Assembly: GCA_043228905.1 (NCBI GenBank)
Contig: JBHGNT010000021.1
Location: 682,001-746,000, forward strand
Source: Azolla caroliniana
Lineage: Eukaryota; Plantae; Polypodiophyta
DNA length: 64,000 bases
Direction: 5' to 3'
Part shown: in pieces, positions 14,101-28,101 of the stretch
Layout of the letters: each line of letters opens with the position of its first letter
How positions within the stretch are numbered: the first letter of the stretch is position 1
Notes under the pieces: model-generated
The model's input: only the letters and a program-made list of their open reading frames with translations
What the model was told of the DNA's origin: nothing
Databases searched by the model: none
Program-made: the position numbers and the translations under genes

Positions 14101-17100
14101 AACATACTGTAAAAATAGCTCACCTTGTTGCCAAATGCTCTGCCAAAACCACATGCTACTGCACCAACACCCACACCACCAACATATGGCAGCAGTCCTT
14201 TACTCACCCTGTGAAGGAAAAGACAAAAGGAAATCAGCAATGCCCTAGATGAATTGAAAGAATCTAATAACATACCATGCACCAATAAGCAAACCCGCAA
14301 GCTGACGAGAGGCAACAAGTACAAATTCTTTCTGCTCATTGAGGGTATTTCCAATGCTATCCAGCCACCACTGTCCATTAATACTGCCTGCCAAGCCTAC
14401 CTGTATCATGGTTGTAAGATTCACAGAAAAGTTGTTTTTAGAGATTCTCTCTATCATCATCACAGAATCAAGTTATTAGTTTTTGGCAATTCAATATAGT
14501 TTGGCCATTGGCCTTCATCATTATGGAAAGGAAAGCAAATAATAAACTGAGCCTTCTGGGAAAACCAGCAAGCCAGACATAACAGTTATATTTTGTTGTG
14601 GAAGCTTGTTGCTCAAAACGCCCTTAGTTCTTCTAATGTTGCATAACATAATATTGGGGATGCAGAAGAGAGCAATGATATGCATTGACAGCCAGATTGA
14701 CATTAGAGACTACGTATACATGCTAATAGACATGCAGATAAAACTGTATCACTCACCCTAACAGAGATGCTAACAGACGTGAAGATAGCTATACTTTACC
14801 CACCTTGACATAAGTATGGACACATTAATCTCGTACGTAACAAGCGACGTTCTAAGTTCTCTTCCAGTTTTTATTGGCTATATACCGTGAGTTACTAATT
14901 GATCAATTCTAGGTTCTAGTTTCATTCTTTGCATATGCTAATTTCTAATTGAGTTGTCTAACCTATTACTTTGTTTCTTTGAATGCCACGGCTGCAATCA
15001 ATACAATCCAATTTAAATTAAATTAAATTCTTAAAATCACAAGGTAACAAAATGAATGTCAATTATGCTTACAGTTTCTTTTGCTGCAGCCATTGCTAAA
15101 GCACCAGCACCCATTTCCACTTCCTGAAGGCCAACAACAACAATACTTGCCTCAATACTCTTTGCAAGCCATTGTGTTAGTGAATCAGAGCATGCCCTCT
15201 CTTGACCAACATTCCATGTACTCGCCAGTATCTTTATATTCTTCTCATTTATATATGTAATTTCCTTGGCGATCATCCCTGAATTAAATCTTGTAATAAA
15301 TGTACTTGGTGATACTATGAACCATCCACGTATCCCACCATTATCTGAGAGTGTGAACAAATGGTTACTTGTTACTCCAACCCTTGCCACAGAAGACTTG
15401 TGTGCACGCCAAACCCGACAAAGCTTTCCTGAGCTTGTGTCGAATGCACGGATTACACCTTCAGCGTAACCAACAAATAGTTGATTTCCAAATGAACACA
15501 TGCACCTAATAGATGTTGAATTACGGTGGTATTCACGTACACGGTTCCCAAAGCAGTCAAATTGAATTAATCGACCATTCCCATAGCCGGCCCAAATGTT
15601 TCCATTAGCCGAAGAAACTAATGCTTCCATTTTCCTATTGTCATCAATACCCTGACCACCAACAGCAGCACGGAGAACAGCATCAGCTGCACCAATAACA
15701 GCATTTCTAGACCTCTGGAAAAAACTTAGTTGTCCTGCATTTTTCTCTTTCTTTGAAACCCTTGTTGGGTTCATCAGCATGTCATCCCCTCTTCCAGTGG
15801 CACGAACCGGAGATATATTGAGACTTGTAAATTCAGCATCGGCATTTGGTCCAAAAACTTTCAACACATCTCTCGTGCGGGCATCCCTACACATAAATAG
15901 CATGTTTATATCTTCAATGGTGCATCTTATCCATTAGAAGGTGACTATAATGATTTCACAACATTTTCCACTCTACCATAGTGCCAATACAAGAGATCCA
16001 CCACTCCAAATACAGCATTGAGAATGCTCAGCAACCAAAAATCGCACATCTGTCCCTGACAGACTAGATGCAGAAGCTTGGGTTCCTCTAGGTTTCACAT
16101 CGATAAAAGATGTTTCAACTAAGGATGTAAGTATACGTGATGGCAATAAGATGCGCCCCACAACATCAGACGGCCAAGCTCTTAAAGAACCATTTTCGGA
16201 TCCTGTCCACAGCTCTCCTGAAGATGATGAAATGGTAAGTAAGCACATGAAAGTTATGACTTTTTCTATAAGTATCATGACAGATTTTCTTCCCAAAAGA
16301 AATGATATAAGAAATGCAACATACCATATGAAGTCATAACAATGGCTAGAACAGGTCCTTGATGTGCTTGCCATGTTAAGGGAGCATTACCTCCATCAGC
16401 AATATTTTCACCAGAAGTTTTCACAATCAAGGGCCATGCAGCAACTCTTCCATCCCGATGACCACTCCACATTATGTTATTCTCACTATCAATGTACAGA
16501 CTTGTAGGAGCTGATCCATGTATAGGATGTATCGTATATTCTGCTGCATCCTTGTCACCTTCTAAGTTTGTTTTTCCATCACATTTCGACTTCCATGCCA
16601 TTGGTATATCCCACACCATCATACCTTGCTCACACGCTGACCACACCTGTGTATCTGTGCATGCTAATACTCTTAGAGGGTATTGAATGTAAGTTTCTTG
16701 AAGTGGTGGTGGCCGCAGCTCAAAAGACACGGGCCTCTCTACTTCTCTTTCACCTACATTTGTGTTCCCCTTCCCTCCAGCAGCAACAAACTCTTTGAGC
16801 GTGTGGAGCTTGGAATCTCTGGCTTCATCCTGATTTACATTCTGACCTGTATATTTTCTAACAAAATCAATACAGGAGAATAATTGGGCTATGTAGCAAT
16901 GAGTGAAAAATACATAAGTCATGCCCTTCCAAGGTTATAATGCCACCCAAACACCTTACATATACATGTCATTATAGCTGCTCATAAAGTAGTTCTCATG
17001 AATCTGTCTACTTCAAGAGTCCCAAACAGCATGTTCATGAAAAGATTGTCATCCCTCACACATTTTGAGGGGAAGACATTATGCATCAGTGAAATAAGTG

Positions 17101-20100
17101 CAGCAATAAAAAGCATCTCTTAGAGACATGTTTTGGGAGATTTTCGGCCTCAAAACATAAGAACAGAGTAAGCCTACATAACAGGCATCTACATATACAC
17201 ATATCTACATCTACATCTACATCGGCATATATGTGTGTATATCTAACATATATAATCACAATACAATACATATTACATGTTCATCTACACCATAAAAGTA
17301 TACACATATACATGTAGTAGTGAAGTTAGGATGAATGGCCCACAACAACATTTCACTTGATGCACATGATCCAGGGCGGAGGTGTGAACCGGAAAGGGAT
17401 AAAATTGGAGGATAATTGGAGGATTAAGGAAAGGACGGATCTGCACCGTTTTGTAATCGAGTAGCCGGATGAGGCACCGTTTTGTAACCTTACCGGATGC
17501 CTTATAAAGGATTCGGATTGATTTGTAATGGATACAGAAGTAATGCAAGTTGAGTTATTGATTGTCTATCTGATTGTCTTTCTTGTCTATCTTGTGTACT
17601 TGCCGTTTGTGCCATAACTTAGTATCTCACACGTGTAATTTATTGACGGATACAGTGTATGCATTCCAGAATTATAATCGGATAGATATATTTATAAGTG
17701 ACGCATAATAATCCATATCTCCGACCACCCCTTTGGATAAGTATTCCGGAAAGGGATACCCTATGTTAGCGGCTAAGTCCAGCCCAGGAGTAACATGCAC
17801 ATGGAAGATTTTGAGTATAAGGAAGCAATAAAAACATGGAAGATTTTGATGCATTAAAAACGTCAAAATTGCAAGGCTGCAGACACTTCACCCATGCTCG
17901 GAAATGCTAAAATGGTTTCACCCAGTGGATAAAGAATGCATACACACATAACTAAATCAGGCAATCGCACAACATTTTCCTCGAAATTGGCAAGATAAGG
18001 ATTAAGAAAATATGCAGAGGAGGGAAAGAAAGGAAAAACTTTGAGTACCAACATGCATGAAAGCAACATTGACCAGGTTATTCCCGCAAGTAAAATGCAG
18101 GGTGAAGACAAACAATAGCTTTTCTAGAGAGTTCATGAGCAGCATGGCAGTGAAACAAGGATGCCCTTTATCACCTATATTGTTCAGTCTATGTATTGAC
18201 CAGCCAGAAGAGAGTTCATCCAAGAAGTGTTAGGAGAACATGGGGAAAAAAGACATTGGGTATTTCATTGTATTATTTCTGGTTCATGCAGACAATGTAC
18301 ATTTGGCATATTCTGAGCTGACACTGCAAAAGCTTTTAGATACAGTTCACTCTTTCTGTGATCATGTTGACTGCTAGGTAGTGCAGACAATCTAAAAAAT
18401 CAGCAACCAGTAGTGCACTTACCAAGGAGGAAAAGGACATAGTTCACAATTTCAAATACTTTAGAGTTGACATACCTAATTTACACACTTGGAACAGGTG
18501 CCTAATTAGGAGAATGAGAACCAGTACAGGCCAATACAATGAATTTAAGAATGTGTGTCAGTTGAGCAAAAGTCAAGGATGGGAGATTAGAGAATGGTTG
18601 ATGCATGTCTGGTGCAAACTCTGATTTCTTGATCTGAGTTTTGGGGTGGTAATAATTCAGCAAATTCATAGAATGAAATAGAGAGAAATTTCTAGATTGC
18701 CATTTAGGGGGTTAGACGCACAAGTACTCCACAATAGTTCTAAAAACTGCAAGAAGCCAATAGAGTTTTAGACCCTTCAAATCGATTACAAGTACATATT
18801 GAACGCAAGCATAATTCCCTAAACTCCCCTCCCCAAGGCTCTATGAGAAATTGAATGCTTACCACAGAAAATCCACAAACTAAATTTTTTCATCTGGTTG
18901 GGTTCAAGATATCCAGAAATTGTTTACTTGATAGCATGTTGAAGAATATCCACATGTTCACTAGAGGAAAAGAAAGGGACAGAGAAAATAAGACCATGAG
19001 ATCGAAGTTTTACTTGGCCACATACCTATACATACATATGAATATAAATTTGTGTCTATACACCTGTATTGTCTATATATAGATAGATAGATAGATAGAT
19101 AGATATAGATGTGCACTAGAAAGAAAGAATGGGACCGTAAATGAGTCCCTGAGCCCTTGTTTTACTCAGCCACATTGGAACATACTTCTTTACACAGACG
19201 AATGTAAAGGTCTGTATATATATGAAGAAATCATTTATAAATTGGCATGTTGAAGAAATATCTAGATGCGCACTAGAAGAAAAGAAAAGGACAGAAGAAA
19301 ATGAGTGCATGAGTCCATGTTTTACTTGGTTACATTGGAAGCACAGGAAATGGAGAATATATCAATTTGTCTATATATACATATACATTTACAACTATCC
19401 TAGATTGATTTTGCATTAGCTGCCATCATAAATTGAGGTAGGGTTCAGCTTACCATTCGCAAATTTTGAATTTGCATCATTTAGATGACTTGTAGATACA
19501 GAACATGCTGTCGTTGACTCAAAGTCTCGCTTAGGAGGCAGAGTTTGTGGTGAGAAAGATGAGGATTCACCGAACGATAGACCATCACATACATAAAGTT
19601 CATCACCCGACAGAAAATCGACATAAGAGTTTGATACAGACACCGGCAAAGCCTCTAATCTTAGTGAATCCTTATTATGAGTTACATTCTCTTCCGAATC
19701 ACAGGAATTTCTAGAATTCTTATCTTTAACCAAATTCTCATTGAACCACGAGTCATGGGAGTTTCTAGATTCCTTATCATCTATTACATTTGCATCGGGC
19801 CACAAACTGTGAGTCTTTCTCGAATCCTTCTCATCGATCATATTCTCATTCAACCTTGACCTATGGGCCTTTCTAGAATTCCCGTCTTCAAACACATTCT
19901 CATTGAAAATTTGATCATCGATCTTTCTAAAATCCGTATCTTTGGATACATCCACATAGAACTTTGAATCTGTGTTTGAACCACTTTCATCACTATCTGT
20001 ACTAAATCCTCGCAAATGCTCTTCACTCCAATGTGTGTCATAGAAAGGAATAGGATTTCTCTCCCTAGATGAACGTATCTGAAAATCATCACATTGCTGT

Positions 20101-20423
20101 TGACGTTGAAAAGGTGTAGAAGAGCTTAATTCATGAGATAGAGAAAATTCCGCAAAAGGATCTTCAATATTTGTTATTCCACGGATCGAAGAGGTCTCAG
20201 GTGAAAATCTGGGCAATCTATTTTCAGCTGAATTCGGACCTACCCATTTCTCTGAAGAAGAAGAAGAAGATACATATGAATACTCAAATGCATCAAAAGG
20301 GACTTCCGCTGTTTTTGCAGAGATATGGCAGGCGTCCCTTGAAGAAGAAGAAGAAGAAAAGGCAGACGTAACTTCTTCGTCTGCTTCAAAGTCTATAAGA
20401 GGCGCCTCGTCTCGAGGTTCCAT
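11155..20423 (-). CDS. Type II inositol polyphosphate 5-phosphatase with N-terminal WD40 repeats (5PTase12-15/FRA3-like), 12 predicted exons
   Basis: Predicted exons 20423-19454, 16846-16325, 16217-15977, 15886-15073, 14400-14276, 14208-14124, 13936-13759, 13679-13603, 13007-12737, 12246-12117, 11825-11465, 11364-11155, with GT-AG borders. Motifs: ELRPPPLQET, MWSGHRDG, TWNVGQ, VGLQEVEMGAG, GNKG, IWVGDFNYRL, PTYKFD, RVPAWCDRVIY, SDHKPV. Confidence 0.93.
17367..17795. mobile_element. Probable solo LTR in 5PTase intron 1
   Basis: GC-richer ~430 bp block with TG...CA ends (TGATCC...GTAACA) and an internal TATA-like CTTATAAAGG; ATGCACATG is duplicated at both borders (17360-68, 17795-803). Confidence 0.45.
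17950..18950 (+). mobile_element. Degenerate LINE RT fragment in 5PTase intron 1 (antisense to the gene)
   Basis: VKCRVKTNNSFSREFMSSMAVKQGCPLSPILFSLCIDQ at ~18090-18200, followed by HADN (YADD-like) and FKYF remnants. Confidence 0.7.
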
Positions 20424-20798
20424 GGAAAGCTTTGCGTGTCATTGATACGTTTGATTCATCAGAGAGAGAGGGAGGGAGGGAGATCTGTGGAAGAGTAGGG
20501 CTTCTGAATCCTGATACGATGGATGGAAGGAAGGAAGCAGAGGAGGGGGAGATGGGTTCGCACGATTTGGCCGCAAAAAGAAAGCACACACAGAATTAAC
20601 TGTCATGGCAGAGATTTTAACACAGAAAAAAGGCAGGCATAAAAAGGCATCAGAACAGAACCTCTTCTCCAAAATCAAAACATTTGGGTAATTACCCAAA
20701 CTACCCCCCCCCCCCCCCCCCCCCCTCAAGAAGCTACTTCCTCACAATTCCCAAAATACCCCTCTTGGGATTCCTTGGTAATTTTACCAAATCAGCAT

Positions 20799-20877
20799 TT
20801 GTTGTAAAACCAATTGTCTCATGGCCCAATTTTGGTCTTAGAAGGCGTTAATGTGTCTTTCTTCATTCTTCTTTCTT
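20799..20877 (+). mobile_element. ~80-bp extreme 3' end of the LINE family (hairpin plus TTTC tail)
   Basis: TTGTTGTAAAACCAATTGTCTCATGGCCCAATTTTGGTCTTAGAAGGCGTTAATGTGTCTTTCTT closely matches 2674-2745. Confidence 0.85.
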
Positions 20878-23800
20878 CTCGATCACGCGTTCTTGCCTGC
20901 CCATCCATATGCTTGAATCCAGCCAATTTTGCCCCTCACAATATTGCCCTGTTGCGGCCAATGAGGGTAAGCTTGGATCGACTGACCAAATCGATGACTC
21001 TCGCTTGTAGCCACCTTTAAGATGAAAGATGTGTCTGGATGCCCCCACCACGATCATATCTTTCCATTTCCAGTACAAAGAAATCAATCGATACCCCTCT
21101 CTTTCCACCCATTCCTCCACTTTCAAAACACGCGATGTAATGATGTATAACATGGACTCTTTCTTCTTCCTTATGTATATGTGTCACAATAACTTTTCAA
21201 ACGGCCAAAACAAAACACCTCTTTCGACAGAAGGTACCATTAGATGTATGTACCTCCGTGTGCACTCTTATCAGGCAATGGCATATGAATCATTTGTGCA
21301 GATTAGAGACCAGATACTCACATGCAATTTGGAGTAATGCCCATATAATTGCTCTTATGTACTCTAGATTACTAACACTCTTGTTAAAATTGTATCTATA
21401 TTTAAGACGGCAAATTGTTCCTTCGAGCCTTATTCATTTCATTTCACAATATATCGTATTATCTAATAATTGCCCATGGGAATATTCACATGGATATGTT
21501 ATGCATCGGGTGCAAGAATGGTTGTATTTCTGTTTCTTATCTCCCCATTACATTCATTTCTATTTGTCTTGGTGTTCACACAAAGTCATCAATTGCATCA
21601 AGGTTTTGACAAAGAAGTTACATAATTTTCATGTTTCTTGAAAGCAAATACCAAAGATTATCTAAAAATATCCACCATCAAATCTGAATTGTCATCATAC
21701 TTTTCTGAATCTTGTTAAAATACAATTGAAGCATATGTCGACACTATACATAGTTATTCTTAACTCTCAAATGCAAAAGCATAGGAATAACATTCACATA
21801 GACCACATAGAGGATGTTATATCCACCCTATTCATAATCCTTCAACTCTCATTGATGTGTAACATTCCTTAGACCGAACTCACTCCGAAAACATCTTCCA
21901 TTCCCAACACTAGTAGTTCACCTTGACCCTTTTCAACCCTTTAGTATTCATCTACAACTATACAATCAAAGTCTAGAGTATTCTTCACACATTGGACAAA
22001 ACACCACAGAAATTTGTGTCTTTATCAACCCAACTTTACAATAACAATGTTGTTTTGTGCAACTCTTGCCCCCCATCTTCTACATCTAACTTCACGGCAT
22101 CATAGCTTGTAAACGTTTTTGTGTAGCGTTATATTACAATTGGGAAACTCTCTATTCTAGATAAGAGAACTCAAAAAGAAAATTACATAGAAGTAATCAA
22201 CTGATTACCCATGCAAAATCTACTAAACAAAATTCAATATATGTATATATATACACATTTAGCATTCTCTAATGGCATGCCTTGCAGCTTATGACAATGG
22301 TATCCACCAAAGTTTCAATTGGAGTCCTGTGTAACATGTTATAGAATTATCTTGGACAATGGGTAAGTAAGGATTAAAAAATAATTGCCAATTATTCAAA
22401 TGTAAGGGAGTTGTGGGTTCATGTTCCATGCGAACATGGTAAATTTCATACCAAACAAGTGATAGTCCATTCTCAACTATCCCTCCATTTGGGTTTCTAC
22501 AAGAGATGAGAAGCCCAATTTGAGAACTTGATGAAAGACTAAGGATGAGTCTACGACCCGAGAATAGATCCCAAAGGCTTCCAATGATCTATTTTTGAGG
22601 AAAGGACAGTATTATATTAAAAATAAATTAGACATTGTTACTCGTCATTATCACATTAGTGTCACGAACATGTGTAGTACCTCAACAAACCCATCATGTT
22701 TGAAAAAGCATGCCAGTATTCAGTCCCTTTACGTAATTGGATGCAACAACTTGCTTGATTCATTTGGAAAACAGGGCATATACATCCAACGGTGATCATT
22801 GATAAGAAAAGGTGAAAAGAAAGGCTTAGACATTTAGTACCAGGACCCATGATATGAACAACCAAAGTTGATTTTTTCTTTATTCCCCTAAATGCAGCTT
22901 AAATTTCCCTTATTTCCCAAACATGGCCTAAGCCAAGAAAAGGAGAAAACATGGATATTTTGACCATGTAGTTGCCCACGTAGCACATCTAATTGAAAAG
23001 AAAGTGAATGACTTTTCAACATAAGAAGGGGTTGCTCAAGCGCATTTCTTGAATTATTGAACACGTGAGAAAATAAAGAAAACCCCAACGGTGTTATAGT
23101 ATCATGCCATACCAAGCGTTTGTCAACAAGGCAAAATCAGTGTATGTGAACCTTAAGTTGAAGGGATTGTTGTAAATGTTGACTACTCACACATAAATCC
23201 ATATGATCGACATTTGTATGTGATGAATCCTGGCTGCAATGAAGGAAGATAAATGAAACTTCAAGCAGCGGCTCACAAGCAATACATACATGCCTCAGAA
23301 TCTTTAGATGAGGTCCATGCCCCCTGTTGTTACATGCTACAGTTTGACATCTCAATGAAGAACCAATATATCTCCCTTGAAAAGACCAAGTGATGTGGCC
23401 AAGATTATATTAAATGTAACCGGATATTGTTAAGATCAAGATTACATGATGTATCTTTCTGATTGATTATCAAAGCTGCCAGTTGATTATCACATCATCC
23501 AGGTAATCAGAGCCAATCTAATGCACATTATAAATTTGCCTGGAGTGATTGGGAGAATTATAACCACCAAATTATCAATATAGAATCCCCACTGATTCAA
23601 CTAATGCATACAGTAGTTGATGTAGATAGTTGTCCCTCAGCCAGTTCAAAACAAGATTTTAAGAATATCCAGTAAAGAACACATAGCTTCATCTTTAGAA
23701 ATCCCAGCTTTGTTTAAAAAATAGACTTTGTTTTAAAGAATCAGTGGTAACGCACACATACTTTGTTGGGGTTAAAAAATGTAATAAATACAAGAATCAG

Positions 23801-24057
23801 CCTTTACATTAAATAAATTAAGCACAGAGAGAGAAAGAGAGAGATTATAGTAAGCCATGGAACCAAAAAGAATGCCCTCTCGATCCATTTAAGAAGAAAA
23901 TGGATAAGAATAAAAATAAAGTAGCCAATGATCTGACATATCATCAAACCAAAAGCTAAAGCTAGCATGTTTACCATATAGTTGTTTTGTGGTGCGTTTT
24001 GTTAAATAAACACCATTCAAACGAGGTAGAAATGAAAATCTTAGGAACAAGGGCCTC

Positions 24058-27000
24058 TTATGATTTTTGAGTATCATAAACATCATCAAAGTATTTAAGA
24101 GGAATGGAAGCTGGTGATGGAAGTTTTGCAACTGCTTCAAACTGCTTGATGGAAAACAACCAAATCAAAGACACAAAACACCTAAGAAAAATTAAACATT
24201 TCCATGCAACAAAGGAAAAATTTACAACACTTTTGCGTACCCTGAACTGTTTGTACTTTTCTCTCACTGCAGGTAGTGTACAATGTTTCTTGTTGCACTG
24301 CAAATCGTGGATTGCTTTAACACAATCCTTCAAATCTGAGGACTTGTAACCTGAATAATGCTCCAGGGTTGCATTCTGAACACAAAGGCACATCGTGAGT
24401 CATGATTGGAATCCATTTGCAATCTTTCCCTTAACCAGTTCACCAAAGACATTAAAAATAAATAAATGTTTTGTAAGACAGATCATTATAGATTCGAGTT
24501 GATATGCTTGCCCAAGGTCTAGCCGTGGGATCCAGTGTGAGTTTAGCCAAGAAGACAGCAGAGCTAGCAATCATGGATGGCAAATACCGAAGAAGACCAT
24601 ATTCCACTAACGTTAACTCAGCCAAATAGTTTCCAAGGCACTCCAGTTGAAGGGCAGATTTCTGCACATCATCTATATACTCAATGATAGATTTATAGGA
24701 CATCAAGAAACAAAAAAACACAATAAAAAACTTGGTGACAGTGAAGGTCAGAATATACTAGGATGTTTGTTTACCTTTTGCCCAGCCTGAGCCGCCCTTA
24801 TAATGCGGCTGATGCACCCAATGACAACAAAGAGAGCAAGTAATTAGAGGAATCAAACTCGATCACAGTGGAGGGAAAACCTTATGTTGAAATGATAGTG
24901 CCTACCAAAGAAATGTTTTCGTGGTCGGCCCAGCAAGCTCAAATTTTAACCGACTTAAGATGCTTTTTTCCATTTCAAGGATCTGAAAAGAGAATTTATT
25001 TCAAGCTATCTATAATCTGTTCTGCAAATTTTGTGCTATATATTCCCCAATAGTACATGAATGAACATGGTCTTGCCTCTGCTCGGGAATAGGTATTATC
25101 TGTGATGTAGCAAAAGTCATCCACTTGCGGAGGGCATATCTCCTCATATTTTCTGCAAAAGAAATCGATAAAACATACAGTTGCTTTGGACAGAGGAAGA
25201 GATCGTGTACTATATAAGCTTTAGTTACAGAACATACGAAGCAATAAGCATGCATGACACCCCCAATAGCTGCAACCGCTGACGGGTCATTAAATTCTCG
25301 GATAAGAAACGATCAATGAATGTGACTGCAAGGTAGAGAGTTTCAGGTACAAGTTTGTATTCCTCTGCCACCTAAGTACGAAAGGAAGAGACAGCAGTCA
25401 CTTTAAAACAAGATCAGTTCATCGAATATAATTTCAAGGAGCTTCACAGACATCATCACCTCAATAAGCCAGTCCACAAGAATACTTCGCATACTTTCAT
25501 TAATCTCTTGCTGCACAGTTTCCATGAAGTTGCTCGTGGATCTTCTCTTTAGCTGGAAATGTTCAGTAAACTTAGCAAGCACAATAATTCTCTTTGATCT
25601 TTGGTCAATCAATTCACCATCCGAAAGCAGAATTATTAAACTGTACACCTACTTCAGCAGTCCGCAAGTGAAAATAAATATCAGCAGCATAGGTAGAGCA
25701 CATTTGTGGGTCTTTATTATCATCAATGTCAGTGTAATTTTGGCTTGACCATCCCTCTCTTTCTACATAAAGTTAAATTTTCAAAAATAACCAACTCCAT
25801 GTCTGCTTTCTTCACTTTCTACATTCAAACTTTCAAATCATGCAAAAAGTTAAGAGCATAGAGAGAACCTTGCCGAACTGCAAGCATAGGATCCATCAAT
25901 GCCCGGTAATTTTGCAGCACCATTGCATCAAGAATCTTGGTCATGTTGCAAACTGAAGATACTTCTGACTTCAAATCATCACTACACATTTCGGTCATTG
26001 TCTCTTCCTTGCTAAGAGCATTTGAAACATCTATCTTCTGAGTTTTGTTCTCCAAATCTTCTTGAATTACTTCAGTCTGATTCGAAGAAACATCCACAAT
26101 TTTTCCATGTTTAAGTTCAACCTGCTTCTGCTGAGTAGACACTGTCTGATTCTTGGTTTTACCCTGTACTGCCACCTTCTTTTTTTTTTGAAACAAGGAT
26201 ATTCAGGATAAAACTCTGAGTTTATTCATATAATGCATTCCATCATGAAAAGTGTTTTACTAAATTGTACAATTGTGTTCTTATCTCGTGTGCCAAAGCA
26301 TGAATATGATTGCATTGATGCATATAATTCTCCAGTGCATGTTATTTAGCAGACGCACTATGCGAAAAATAATGACTAAGCACGTTAGCCATTGATGTAG
26401 CTCATTGGTATTTTAATGAAAAGGATAAGTATGCATATAAAGAGAGCTAATGTAAATAACAATATAAGAGACCCACTATATATATCAGGATGTCTAAGCA
26501 GCTTAGCCATTGATCTACCACAGAACAACTGAACATTGGACAGAAAGTATGTTGCAATTAATAAGATAATTATGCATATGTCGAAAAACAGTGAAGCACT
26601 TGATTGCAGGATATGATCCCGTTCTACATAATGAATTAGTGATCATGGAAGTATATATATGCCACCATAATGAGCACGTACTACTATAGTGCATATAATT
26701 AATTTTAGCACCTCCACTATGCATTACTACGCAGGTCCAGTTGAGAGAAATTATGCATATGAGTTGAACTGACAAAGTTTTGTATTACTATGCCAGCCAA
26801 CAATGTGATAACATAATGAATGCATATATGTATCTTAACATACAGATACCAACCCAGATTCTCAAATCAGACATTCTAAAAGATCCATCAAGAATATGTA
26901 TCTATATCTGTAAGCACTGATGAAGCAACCGATAGCAAAATATGTTCCCAATCAATGTAACGATTGCATATGATTGCATATGATTGCATGATGAATGTAT

Positions 27001-28101
27001 GTGCTGCTAACATAGTGATCACACAATGAATCTGAGTATAATGGTGGGATAATGAATGTATGTTTATATATACATACATACATACATACATATATATATA
27101 TATACACACACATAGATGTATATATATATACACATAGATGTATATATATATACATAGATATATACATATGTATATATATACATATGTATATTTATATCAA
27201 AAATATATATCTACATCCGTAAGCACTGATGAAGCAATCGATAGCAAAATATGTTCTCAATCAATGTAAAGATTACATATGATTGCATGATGAATGTATG
27301 TGCTGTTAACATAGTAATCGTATGATGAAAGTACATATGCTAACATAGTGATCGCAAGATGAATCTAAGAAAAATGGTGGGATAATGAATGTATATATAT
27401 GTGTGTCTATGTAAACATAGTCATCACCTAAAGAATTGTCTATGCTAGTACAGGAATCACGTAATGGATGCATCTAAACTATCAATATTATCACAAAATG
27501 AATGTATATGAGCTAACAAAATGATCACATTATCAATGTATACTGCCTAGCACACTGAAAACACAACTAATTTATGCCCGATCACATTATGGAAGTTTAT
27601 ATGATCACATGATGCATAACAGGTTTATAGTATGAATGGTGCTTATATAGTGATCACATTCTTAATGCATGTATACTATCATAGATGTACCGATGCTGAT
27701 CTAGATTCGTAGGGTCAACGTCATCAACTGAGGACATAGAAACGAATCTAGCTGAATCTTTGGATGAGAGAAGCAAACTTTTATGATGTATCCATCGGAC
27801 AAACACGTGGAGAAGACTTACATTGAAATATGATCTTTAAATGTGAAGGTAGAAGACTTACATTGGACTTGGAGGACTGAAGAGCATTGCGAGAAGACAC
27901 ATTATTAGTCAAGTTTGATAGTGCAGCACGTTTTCTAGCAGGTTGAGGAAAACCAGAGACGTTGTTCTCGTTATTAGCAGGCCTCTTTGAAGCTAATCTC
28001 GTCTTTTTAGAAACTTCTTCAGTCTCTCGTCGAGGTACCATTGAGGAAGAAGCCGAAGAGGCTACTCTTGGGCGAAGCTTTCTCCCTTGTTCTCCCGCCA
28101 T
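24058..28101 (-). CDS. CYCA: A-type cyclin (CYCA1/CYCA2-like), ~11 exons
   Basis: D-box RAALSNLTN in exon 1 (28101-27862); [16 protein letters not shown]; cyclin box [70 protein letters not shown]; C-terminal [46 protein letters not shown]; stop at 24058. Confidence 0.93.
26895..27690. repeat. Duplicated ~170-190 bp block plus degenerate short tandem units and (TA)/(TACA) microsatellite in cyclin intron 1
   Basis: GTAAGCACTGATGAAGCAA(C/T)CGATAGCAAAATATGTTC... at ~26910 and ~27219; recurring ATGAATGTAT and GTGATCACA units extend to ~27690. Confidence 0.7.
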
